Shown here piece after piece: positions 1-13,549 of a stretch of DNA of 64,000 nucleotides (within the stretch, counting starts at the first letter, position 1; every line of letters starts with the position of its first letter). The translations under genes and the position numbers were made by a program. The notes beneath the pieces were generated by a model. The model searched no databases. It was not told the DNA's origin and was given only the letters and a program-made list of their open reading frames with translations. Where the stretch lies: assembly GCA_964016885.1 (NCBI GenBank), contig OZ024744.1, positions 21,762,001-21,826,000 of the forward strand. The letters are read 5' to 3'. The stretch is from Eledone cirrhosa (Eukaryota).

Positions 1-2699
1 ATCACAGCTATGAGATATTCAGACAGTTAGAAGAGGTGACAGGCACAACAGCTATGACATCCTCAGACAGTTAGAAGAGGTGACAGCCACAACAGCTATG
101 ACATCTTCAGACAGTTAGAAGAGGTGACAGCAACAAGAGTTATGACATCTTCAGACAGTTAGAAGAGGTGACAGCCACAACAGCTATGACATCTTTAGAC
201 AGTTAGAAGAGGTGACAACCAAAACAGCTATGACATCTTTAGACAGTTAGAAGAGGTGACAGCCACAACAGCTATGACATCTTTAGACAGTTAGAAGAGG
301 TGACAGGCACAACAACTATGACATATTCAGACAGTTAAAGGAGGTGACAGCCACAACAGCTATGACATCTTCAGACAGTTAGAAGAGGTGACAGCCACAA
401 CAGCTATGACATCTTTAGACAGTTAGAAGAGGTGACAGCCAGAACAACTATGACATCTTTAGACAGTTAGAAGAGGTGACAGGCACAACAGCTATGACAT
501 CTTCAGACAGAAGAGGTGACAGCCACCACAGCTATGAGATATTCAGACAGTTAGAAGAGGTGACAGCCGCAACAGCTATGACATCTTCAGACAGTTAGAA
601 GAGGTGACTGGCACAACAGCTATGACATCTTCAGACAGTTAGAAGAGGTGACAGGCACAACAGCTATGACATCTTCAGACAGTTAGAAGAGGTGACAGCA
701 ACAACAGTTATGACATCTTCAGACAGTTAGAAGAGGTTACAGCCACAACAGCTATGACATCTTTAGACAGTTAGAAGAGGTGACAGCCAAAACAGCTATG
801 ACATCTTTAGACAGTTAGAAGAGGTGACAGCCAGAACAACTATGACATCTTTAGACAGTTAGAAGAGGTGACATGCACAACAGCTATGACATCTTCAGAC
901 AGTTAGAAGAGGTGACAGCCACAACAGCTATGACATCTTCAGACAGAAGAGGTGACAGGCACATCAGCTATGACATCTACAGACAGAAGAGGTGACAGCC
1001 ACAACAGCTATGACATATTCAGACAGTTAGAAGAGGTGACAGCAACAACAGCTCTGACATCTTCAGACAGTTAGAAGAGGTGACAGCCACAACAGCTATG
1101 ACATCTTTAGACAGTTAGAAGAGGTGACAGCCACAACAGCTATGACATCTTTAGAGAGTTAGAAGAGGTGACAGGCACAACAACTATGACATCTTCAGAC
1201 AGTTAGAAGAGGTGACAGCCACAACAGCTATGACATCTTCAGACAGAAGAGGTGACAGCCACAACAGCTATGACATCTTCAGACAGTTATAAGATGTGAC
1301 AGCCACAACAGCTATGACATCTACAGACAGAAGAGGTGACAGCCACAACAGCTATGACATTTCAGACAGTTAGAAGAGGTGACAGGCACAACAGCCATGA
1401 CATCTTAAGTCAGTTAGAAGAGGTGACATCACAACAGCTATGACATCTTTAGACAGTTAGAAGAGGTGACAGGAACAACAGCTATGACGTCTTCAGACAG
1501 TTAGAAGAGGTGACAGGCACAACAGCTATGACATCTTCAGACAGAAGAGGTGACAGCCACAACAGCTATGACATCTTCAGACAGTTAGAAGAGGTGACAG
1601 GCACAACAGCTATGACATCTTTAGACAATTAGAAGAGGTGACAGCCACCACAGCTATGAGATATTCAGACAGTTAGAAGAGGTGACAGGCACAACAGCTA
1701 TGACATCTTCAGACAGTTAGAAGAGGTGACAGGAACAACAGGTATGACATCTTTAGACAGTTAGAAGAGGTTACAGGAACAACAGCTATGACATCTTCAG
1801 AATGAAGAGGTGACAGGCACAACAGCTATGACATCTACAAACAGAAGAGGTGACAGCAACAACAGCTATGGCATATTCAGACAGTTAGAAGAGGTAACAG
1901 CCACAACAGCTATGACATCTTCAGACAGTTATAAGATGTGACAGCCACAACAGCTATGACATATTCAGACCATAGAGGTGACAGGCACATCAGCTATGAC
2001 ATCTACAGACAGAAGAGGTGACAGCCACAACAGCTATGACATCTTCAGACAGTTAGAAGAGGTGACAGGCACAACAGCCATGACATCTTTAGTCAGTTAG
2101 AAGAGGTGACAGCCACAACAGCTATGACATATTTAGACAGTTAGAAGAGGTTACAGGCACAACAGCTATGACATCTTCAGACAGTTAGAAGAGGTGACAG
2201 GCACAATAGCTATGACATCTTTAGACAGTTAGAAGAGGTGACAGGCACAACAGCTATGACATCTTCAGACAGTTAGAAGAGGTGAAAGGCACAACATCTA
2301 TGACATTTTCAGACAGTCAGAAGAGTTGACAGCCACAACAGCTATGACATCTTTAGACAGTTAGAAGAGGCGACAGGCACAACAGCTATGACATCTTCAG
2401 ACAGTTAGAAGAGGTGACAGCCACAACAGCTATGACGTCTTTAGACAGTTAGAAGAGGTGACAGGAACAACAGCTATGACATCTTCAGACAGTTAGAAGA
2501 GGCAACAGGCACAACAGCTATGACATCTTCAGACAGTTAGAAGAGGTGACAGCAACAACAGCTATGACATCTTCAGACAGAAGAGGTGACAGCGAAAAGA
2601 GCTATGACATCTTCAGACAGTTAGAAGAGCTGACAGGCACAACAGCAATGACATCTTTAGACAGTTAGAAGAGGTGACAGCCACAACAGCTATGACATA

Positions 2700-5600
2700 T
2701 TCAGACAGTTAGAAGAGGTGACAGGCACAACAGCTATGAGATCTTCAGACAGAAGAGGTGACAGCCACAAAAGCTATGACATCTTCAGAGAGAAGAGGTG
2801 ACAGGCACAACAGCTATAACATCTACAGACAGAAGAGGAGACAGCCACAACAGCTATGACATATTCAGACAGTTAAAGGAGGTGACAGCCACAACAGCTA
2901 TGACATCTTCAGACAGTTAGAAGAGGTGACAGCCACAACAGCTATGACATCTTTAGACAGTTAGAAGAGGTGACAGCCAAAACAGCTATGACATCTTTAG
3001 ACAGTTAGAAGAGGTGACAGCCAGAACAACTATGACATCTTTAGACAGTTAGAAGAGGTGACAGGCACAACAGCTATGACATCTTCAGACAGAAGAGGTG
3101 ACAGCCACCACAGCTATGAGATATTCAGACAGTTAGAAGAGGTGACAGGCACAACAGCTATGACATCTTCAGACAGTTAGGAGAGGTGACAGCCACAACA
3201 GCTATGACATCTTCAGACAGTTAGAAGAGGTGACTGGCACAGCAGCTATGACATCTTCAGACAGTTAGAAGAGGTGACAGGCACAACAGCTATGACATCT
3301 TCAGACAGTTAGAAGAGGTGACAGCAACAACAGTTATGACATCTTCAGACAGTTAGAAGAGGTGACAGCCACAACAGCTATGACATCTTTAGACAGTTAG
3401 AAGAGGTGACAGCCAAAACAGCTATGACATCTTCAGACAGTTAGAAGAGGTGACAGCCAGAACAACTATGACATCTTTAGACAGTTAGAAGAGGTGACAT
3501 GCACAACAGCTATGACATCTTCAGACAGTTAGAAGAGGTGACAGCCACAACAGCTATGACATCTTCAGACAGAAGAGGTGACAGTCACATCAGCTATGAC
3601 ATCTACAGACAGAAGAGGTGACAGCCACAACAGCTATGACATATTCAGAGAGTTAGAAGAGGTGACAGCAACAACAGCTATGACATCTTCAGACAGTTAG
3701 AAGAGGTGACAGGCACAACAGCCATGACATCTTTAGACAGTTAGAAGAGGTGACAGGAACAACAGCTATGACGTCTTCAGACAGTTAGAAGAGGTGACAG
3801 GCACAACAGCTATGACATCTTCAGACAGTTAGAAGAGGTGACAGCAACAACAGCTATGACATCTTCAGACAGAAGAGGTGACAGCCACAAAAGCTATGAC
3901 ATCTTCAGACAGTTAGAAGAGGTGACAGGCACAACAGCTATGACATCTTTAGACAGTTAGAAGAGGTGACAGCCACCACAGCTATGAGATATTCAGACAG
4001 TTAGAAGAGGTGACAGGCACAACAGCTATGACATCTTCAGACAGTTAGAAGAGGTTACAGGAACAACAGCTATGACATCTTCAGAAAGTAGAAGTGACAG
4101 GCACAACAGCTATGACATCTACAGACAGAAGAGGTGACAGCCACAACAGCTATGGCATATTCAGACAGTTAGAAGAGGTGACAGCCACAACAGCTATGAC
4201 ATCTTCAGACAGTTATAAGATGTGACAGCCACAACAGCTATGATATATTCAGACAGAAGAGGTGACAGGCACATCAGCTATGACATCTACAGACAGAAGA
4301 GGTGACAGCCACAACAGCTATGACATCTTCAGACAATTAGAAGAGGTGACAGCAACAACAGCTATGACATCTTCAGACAGTTAGAAGAGGTGACAGCCAC
4401 AACAGCTATGACGTCTTTAGACAGTTAGAAGAGGTGACAGTAACAACAGCTATGACATCTTCAGACAGTTAGAAGAGGTGACAGCAACAACAGCTATGAC
4501 ATCTTCAGACAGAAGAGGTGACAGGCACAACAGCTATGACATCTTCAGACAGTTAGAAGAGGTGACAGCAACAACAGCCATGACATCTTCAGACAGAAGA
4601 GGTGACAGCCATCACAGCTATGAGATGTTCAGACAGTTAGAAGAGGTGACAGGCACAACAGCTATGACATCTTCAGACAGTTAGAAGAGGTGACAGCCAC
4701 AACAGCAATGACATCTTTAGACAGTTAGAAGAGGTGACATCCACAACAGCTATGACATCTTCAGACAGTTAGAAGAGGTGACAGGAACAACAGCTATCAC
4801 ATCTTCAGACAGTTCGAAGAGGTGACTGGCACAACAGCTATGACATCTTCAGACAGTTAGAAGAGGTGACAGCCACAACAGATATGTCATCTTTAGACAG
4901 TTAGAAGAGGTGACAGCCAAAACAGCTATGACATCTTCAGACAGTTAGAAGAGGTGACAGCCACCACAGCTATGAGATATTCAGACAGTTAGAAGAGGTG
5001 ACAGGCACATCACCTATGACATCTACAGACAGAAGAGGTGACAGCCACAACAGCTATGACATCTTCAGACAGTTAGAAGAGGTGACAGCAACAACAGCTA
5101 TGACATCTTCAGACAGTTAGAAGAGGTGACAGGCACAACAGCCATGACATCTTTAGACAGTTAGAAGAGGTGACAGGAACAACAGCTATGGCGTCTTCAG
5201 ACAGTTAGAAGAGGTGACAGGCACAACAGCTATGACATCTTCAGACAGTTAGAAGAGCTGACAGCAACAACAGCTATGACATCTTCAGACAGAAGAGGTG
5301 ACAGCCACAAAAGCTATGACATCTTCAGACAGTTAGAAGAGGTGACAGGCGCAACAGCTATGACATCTTTAGACAGTTAGAAGAGGTGACAGCCACCAAA
5401 GCTATGAGATATTCAGACAGTTAGAAGAGGTGACAGGCACAACAACTATGACATCTTCAGACAGTTAGAAGAGGTGACAGGCACAACAGCTATGACATCT
5501 TTAGACAGTTAGAAGAGGTTACAGGAACAACAGCTATGACATCTTCAGAAAGAAGAGGTGACAGGCACAACAGCTATGACATCTTCAGACAGTTATAAGA

Positions 5601-8600
5601 TGTGACAGCCACAACAGCTATGACATATTCAGACAGAAGAGGTGACAGGCACATCAGCTATGACATCTACAGACAGAAGAGGTGACAGCCACAACAGCAA
5701 TGACATCTTCAGACAATTAGTAGAGGTGACAGCAACAACAGCTATGACATCTTCAGACAGTTAGAAGAGCTGACAGCCACAACAGCTATGAGATCTTCAG
5801 ACAGAAGAGGTGACAGCCACAAAAGCTATGACATCTTCAGAGAGAAGAGGTGACAGGCACAACAGCTATAACATCTACAGACAGAAGAGGAGACAGCCAC
5901 AACAGCTATGACATATTCAGACAGTTAAAGGAGGTGACAGCCACAACAGCTATGACATCTTCAGACAGTTAGAAGAGGTGACAGCCACAACAGCTATGAC
6001 ATCTTTAGACAGTTAGAAGAGGTGACAGCCAAAACAGCTATGACATCTTTAGACAGTTAGAAGAGGTGACAGCCAGAACAATTATGACATCTTTAGACAG
6101 TTAGAAGAGGTGACAGGCACAACAGCTATGACATCTTCAGACAGAAGAGGTGACAGCCACCACAGCTATGAGATATTCAGACAGTTAGAAGAGGTGACAG
6201 GCACAACAGCTATGACATCTTCAGACAGTTAGGAGAGGTGACAGCCACAACAGCTATGACATCTTCAGACAGTTAGAAGAGGTGACTGGCACAGCAGCTA
6301 TGACATCTTCAGATAGTTAGAAGAGGTGACAGGCACAACAGCTATGACATCTTCAGACAGTTAGAAGAGGTGACAGCAACAACAGTTATGACATCTTCAG
6401 ACAGTTAGAAGAGGTGACAGCCACAACAGCTATGACATCTTTAGACAGTTAGAAGAGGTGACAGCCAAAACAGCTATGACATCTTTAGACAGTTAGAAGA
6501 GGTGACAGCCAGAACAACTATGACATCTTTAGACAGTTAGAAGAGGTGACATGCACAACAGCTATGACATCTTCAGACAGTTAGAAGAGGTGACAGCCAC
6601 AACAGCTATGACATCTTCAGACAGAAGATGTGACAGGCACATCAGCTATGAAATCTACAGACAGAAGAGGTGACAGCCACAGCAGCTATGACATATTCAG
6701 AGAGTTAGAAGAGGTGACAGCAACAACAGCTATGACATCTTCAGACAGTTAGAAGAGGTGACAGGCACAACAGCCATGACATCTTTAGACAGTTAGAAGA
6801 GGTGACAGGAACAACAGCTATGACGTCTTCAGACAGTTAGAAGAGGTGACAGGCACAACAGCTATGACATCTTCAGACAGTTAGAAGAGGTGACAGCAAC
6901 AACAGCTATGACATCTTCAGACAGAAGAGGTGACAGCCACAAAAGCTATGACATCTTCAGACAGTTAGAAGAGGTGACAGGCACAACAGCTATGACATCT
7001 TTAGACAGTTAGAAGAGGTGACAGCCACCACAGCTATGAGATATTCAGACAGTTAGAAGAGGTGACAGGCACAACAGCTATGACATCTTCAGACAGTTAG
7101 AAGAGGTTACAGGAACAACAGCTATGACATCTTCAGAAAGTAGAGGTGACAGGCACAACAGCTATGACATCTACAGACAGAAGAGGTGACAGCCACAACA
7201 GCTATGGCATATTCAGACAGTTAGAAGAGGTGACAGCCGAAACAGCTATGACATCTTCAGACAGTTATAAGATGTGACAGCCACAACAGCTATGACATCT
7301 TCAGACAATTAGAAGAGGTGACAGCAACAACAGCTATGACATCTTCAGACAGTTAGAAGAGGTGACAGCCACAACAGCTATGACGTCTTTAGACAGTTAG
7401 AAGAGGTGACCGTAACAACAGCTATGACATCTTCAGAAGTTAGAAGAGGTAACAGGCACAACAGCTATGACATCTTCAGACAGTTAGAAGAGGTGACAGC
7501 AACAACAGCTATGACATCTTCAGACAGAAGAGGTGACAGGCACATCAGCTATGACATCTACAGACAGAAGAGGTGACAGCCACAACAGCTATGACATCTT
7601 CAGACAATTAGAAGAGGTGACTGCAACAACAGCTATGACATCTTCAGACAGTTAGAAGAGGTGACAGCCACAACAGCTATGACGTCTTTAGACAGTTAGA
7701 AGAGGTGACCGTAACAACAGCTATGACATCTTCAGAAGTTAGAAGAGGTAACAGGCACAACAGCTATGACATCTTCAGACAGTTAGAAGAGGTGACAGCA
7801 ACAACAGCTATGACATCTTCAGACAGAATAGGTGACAGGCACAACAGCTATGACATCTTCAGACAGTTAGAAGAGGTGACAGCAACAACAGCTATGACAT
7901 CTTCAGACAGAAGAGGTGACAGCCATCACAGCTATGAGATGTTCAGACAGTTAGAAGAGGTGACAGGCACAACAGCTATGACATCTTCAGACAGTTAGAA
8001 GAGGTGACAGCCACAACAGCTATGACATCTTTAGACAGTTAGAAGAGGTGACAGGAACAACAGCTATGACATCTTCAGACAGTTCGAAGAGGTGACTGGC
8101 ACAACAGCTATGACATCTTCAGACAGTTAGAAGAGGTGACAGCCACAACAGCTATGACATCTTTAGACAGTTAGAAGAGGTGACAGCCAAAACAGCTATG
8201 ACATCTTCAGACAGTTAGAAGAGGTGACAGGAACAACAGCTATGAGATATTCAGACAGTTAGAAGAGGTGACAGGAACAACAGCTATGACATCTACAGAC
8301 AGTTAGGAGAGGTGACAGCCACAACAGCTATGACATCTTCAGACAGAAGAGGTGACAGCCACAAAAGCTATGACATCTTCAGACAGTTAGAAGAGGTGAC
8401 AGGCGCAACAGCTATGACATCTTTAGACAGTTAGAAGAGGTGACAGCCACCAAAGCTATGAGATATTCAGACAGTTAGAAGAGGTGACAGGCACAACAAC
8501 TATGACATCTTCAGACAGTTAGAAGAGGTGACAGGCACAACAGCTATGACATCTTTAGACAGTTAGAAGAGGTTACAGGAACAACAGCTATGACATCTTC

Positions 8601-11600
8601 AGAAAGAAGAGGTGACAGGCACAACAGCTATGACATCTTCAGACAGTTATAAGATGTGACAGCCACAACAGCTATGACATATTCAGACAGAAGAGGTGAC
8701 AGGCACATCAGCTATGACATCTACAGACAGAAGAGGTGAGAGCCACAACAGCTATGACATCTTCAGACAATTAGTAGAGGTGACAGCAACAACAGCTATG
8801 ACATCTTCAGACAGTTAGAAGAGGTGACAGCCACAACAGCTATGAGATCTTCAGACAGAAGAGGTGACAGCCACAAAAGCTATGACATCTTCAGAGAGAA
8901 GAGGTGACAGGCACAACAGCTATAACATCTACAGACAGAAGAGGAGACAGCCACAACAGCTATGACATATTCAGACAGTTAAAGGAGGTGACAGCCACAA
9001 CAGCTATGACATCTTCAGACAGTTAGAAGAGGTGACAGCCACAACAGCTATGACATCTTTAGACAGTTAGAAGAGGTGACAGCCAAAACAGCTATGACAT
9101 CTTTAGACAGTTAGAAGAGGTGACAGCCAGAACAATTATGACATCTTTAGACAGTTAGAAGAGGTGACAGGCACAACAGCTATGACATCTTCAGACAGAA
9201 GAGGTGACAGCCACCACAGCTATGAGATATTCAGACAGTTAGAAGAGGTGACAGGCACAACAGCTATGACATCTTCAGACAGTTAGGAGAGGTGACAGCC
9301 ACAACAGCTATGACATCTTCAGACAGTTAGAAGAGGTGACTGGCACAGCAGCTATGACATCTTCAGACAGTTAGAAGAGGTGACAGGCACAACAGCTATG
9401 ACATCTTCAGACAGTTAGAAGAGGTGACAGCAACAACAGTTATGACATCTTCAGACAGTTAGAAGAGGTGACAGCCACAACAGCTATGACATCTTTAGAC
9501 AGTTAGAAGAGGTGACAGCCAAAACAGCTATGACATCTTTAGACAGTTAGAAGAGGTGACAGCCAGAACAACTATGACATCTTTAGACAGTTAGAAGAGG
9601 TGACATGCACAACAGCTATGACATCTTCAGACAGTTAGAAGAGGTGACAGCCACAACAGCTATGACATCTTCAGACAGAAGATGTGACAGGCACATCAGC
9701 TATGACATCTACAGACAGAAGAGGTGACAGCCACAACAGCTATGACATATTCAGAGAGTTAGAAGAGGTGACAGCAACAACAGCTATGACATCTTCAGAC
9801 AGTTAGAAGAGGTGACAGGCACAACAGCCATGACATCTTTAGACAGTTAGAAGAGGTGACAGGAACAACAGCTATGACGTCTTCAGACAGTTAGAAGAGG
9901 TGACAGGCACAACAGCTATGACATCTTCAGACAGTTAGAAGAGGTGACAGCAACAACAGCTATGACATCTTCAGACAGAAGAGGTGACAGCCACAAAAGC
10001 TATGACATCTTCAGACAGTTAGAAGAGGTGACAGGCACAACAGCTATGACATCTTTAGACAGTTAGAAGAGGTGACAGCCACCACAGCTATGAGATATTC
10101 AGACAGTTAGAAGAGGTGACAGGCACAACAGCTATGACATCTTCAGACAGTTAGAAGAGGTTACAGGAACAACAGCTATGACATCTTCAGAAAGTAGAGG
10201 TGACAGGCACAACAGCTATGACATCTACAGACAGAAGAGGTGACAGCCACAACAGCTATGGCATATTCAGACAGTTAGAAGAGGTGACAGCCGAAACAGC
10301 TATGACATCTTCAGACAGTTATAAGATGTGACAGCCACAACAGCTATGACATCTTCAGACAATTAGAAGAGGTGACAGCAACAACAGCTATGACATCTTC
10401 AGACAGTTAGAAGAGGTGACAGCCACAACAGCTATGACGTCTTTAGACAGTTAGAAGAGGTGACCGTAACAACAGCTATGACATCTTCAGAAGTTAGAAG
10501 AGGTAACAGGCACAACAGCTATGACATCTTCAGACAGTTAGAAGAGGTGACAGCAACAACAGCTATGACATCTTCAGACAGAAGAGGTGACAGGCACATC
10601 AGCTATGACATCTACAGACAGAAGAGGTGACAGCCACAACAGCTATGACATCTTCAGACAATTAGAAGAGGTGACAGCAACAACAGCTATGACATCTTCA
10701 GACAGTTAGAAGAGGTGACAGCCACAACAGCTATGACGTCTTTAGACAGTTAGAAGAGGTGATCGTAACAACAGCTATGACATCTTCAGAAGTTAGAAGA
10801 GGTAACAGGCACAACAGCTATGACATCTTCAGACAGTTAGAAGAGGTGACAGCAACAACAGCTATGACATCTTCAGACAGAATAGGTGACAGGCACAACA
10901 GCTATGACATCTTCAGACAGTTAGAAGAGGTGACAGCAACAACAGCTATGACATCTTCAGACAGAAGAGGTGACAGCCATCACAGCTATGAGATGTTCAG
11001 ACAGTTAGAAGAGGTGACAGGCACAACAGCTATGACATCTTCAGACAGTTAGAAGAGGTGACAGCCACAACAGCTATGACATCTTTAGACAGTTAGAAGA
11101 GGTGACAGGAACAACAGCTATGACATCTTCAGACAGTTCGAAGAGGTGACTGGCACAACAGCTATGACATCTTCAGACAGTTAGAAGAGGTGACAGCCAC
11201 AACAGCTATGACATCTTTAGACAGTTAGAAGAGGTGACAGCCAAAACAGCTATGACATCTTCAGACAGTTAGAAGAGGTGACAGCCACCACAGCTATGAG
11301 ATATTCAGACAGTTAGAAGAGGTGACAGGCACATCACCTATGACATCTACAGACAGAAGAGGTGACAGCCACAACAGCTATGACATCTTCAGACAGTTAG
11401 AAGAGGTGACAGCAACAACAGCTATGACATCTTCAGACAGTTAGAAGAGGTGACAGGCACAACAGCCATGACATCTTTAGACAGTTAGAAGAGGTGACAG
11501 GAACAACAGCTATGGCGTCTTCAGACAGTTAGAAGAGGTGACAGGCACAACAGCTATGACATCTTCAGACAGAAGAGGTGACAGCCACAAAAGCTATGAC

Positions 11601-11900
11601 ATCTTCAGACAGTTAAAAGAGGTGACAGGCGCAACAGCTATGACATCTTTAGACAGTTAGAAGAGGTGACAGCCACCAAAGCTATGATATATTCAGACAG
11701 TTAGAAGAGGTGACAGGCACAACAGCTATGACATCTTCAGACAGTTAGAAGAGGTGACAGGCACAACAGCTATGACATCTTTAGACAGTTAGAAGAGGTT
11801 ACAGGAACAACAGCTATGACATCTTCAGAAAGAAGAGGTGACAGGCACAACAGCTATGACATCTACAGACAGAAGAGGTGACAGCCACAACAGCTATGAC
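2700..11900 (+). repeat. Higher-order repeat with a period of about 3.05 kb, about 3 imperfect copies
   Basis: Rare markers recur at fixed offsets: GTTAAAGGAGG at 2872/5924/8978 (+3052, +3054), TTAGGAGAGG at 3177/6229/9283, TTCGAA at 8083/11137 (+3054), GGCGCAAC at 5348/8402 (+3054). The ORF pair 7705/10759 is also +3054. Boundaries are approximate. Confidence 0.9.
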
Positions 11901-13549
11901 ATCTTCAGACAGTTATAAGATGTGACAGCCACAACAGCTATGACATATTCAGACAGAAGAGGTGACAGGCACATCAGCTATGACATCTACAGACAGAAGA
12001 GGTGACAGCCACAACAGCTATGACATCTTCAGACAATTAGTAGAGGTGACAGCAACAACAGTTATGACCTCTTCAGACAGTTAGAAGAGGTGACAGCCAC
12101 AACAGCTATGACGTCTTTAGACAGTTAGAAGAGGTGACAGTAACAACAGCTATGACACCTTCAGAAGTTAGAAGAGGTAACAGGCACAACAGCTATGACA
12201 TCTTCAGACAGTTAGAAGAGGTGACAGCAACAACAGCAATGACATCTTCAGACAGTTAGAAGAGCTGACAGGCACAACAGCTATGACATATTTAGACAGT
12301 TAGAAGAGGTGACAGCCACAACAGCTATGACATATTCAGACAGTTAGAAGAGGTGACATCACAATAGCTATGACATCTTCAGACAGTTAGAAGAGGTGAC
12401 GGCAACAACAGCTATGAGATCTTCAGACAGAAGAGGTGACAGCGACAACAGCTATGACATCTTCAGAGAGAAGAGGTGACAGGCACAACAGCTATGACAT
12501 CTACAGAGAGAAGAGGTGACAGGCACAACAGCTATGACATCTTCAGAGAGAAGAGGTGACAGGCACAACAGCTATGACATCTACAGACAGAAGAGGTGAC
12601 AGCCACAACTGCTATGACATCTTCAGACAGTTATAAGATGTGACAGCCACAACAGCTATGACATATTCAGACAGAAGAGGTGACATGCACAACAGCTATG
12701 ATATCTTCAGACAGTTAGAAGAGGTAACAGCAACAACAGCTATGACATCTTCAGACAGTTAGAAGAGGTAACAGCAACAACAGCTATGACATCTTCAGAC
12801 AGTTAGAAGAGGTGACAGGCACAACAGCTATGACATCTTTAGACAGTTGGAAGAGGTGACAGCCACAACAGCTATGACATCTTCAGACAGTTAGAAGAGG
12901 TGACAGACACAACAGCTATGACATCTTCAGACAGTTAGAAGAGGTGACAGGAACAACAGCTATGACGTCTTCAGACAGTTAGAAGAGGTGACAGGCACAA
13001 CAGCTATGTCATCTTCAGACAGTTAGAAGAGGTGACAGCAACAACAGCTATGACATCTTTAGACAGTTAGAAGCGGTGACAGCCACAACAGCTATGACAT
13101 ATTCAGACAGTTATAAGAGGTGACGGCAACAACAGCTATGAGATCTTCAGACTGAAGAGGTGACAGCCACAACAGCTATGACATCTTCAGACAAAAGAGG
13201 TGACAGGCACAACAGCTATGAGATTTTCAGACAGAAGAGGTGACAGCCACAACAGCTATGACATCTCCAGACAGTTAGAAGAGGTGACAGCCACAACAGC
13301 TATGACATCTTCAGATAGAAGAGGTGACAGGCACAACAGCTATGACATCTTCAGGCATTTAGAAGGGGTGACAGCCTCAACAGCTATGACATCTTTAGAC
13401 AGTTAGAAGAGGTGACAGCCACAACAGCTATGACATCTTCAGACAGTTAGAAGAGGTGACAGCCACAACAGCTATGACATATTTAGACAGTTAGAAGAGG
13501 TGACAGGAACAACAGCTATGACATCTTCAGACAGTTAGAAGAGGTGACA

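Noticed and set aside
3177-9290. Telomeric TTAGG-type repeat
   Set aside because: TTAGG appears only as isolated single-base variants of TTAGA and never in tandem.
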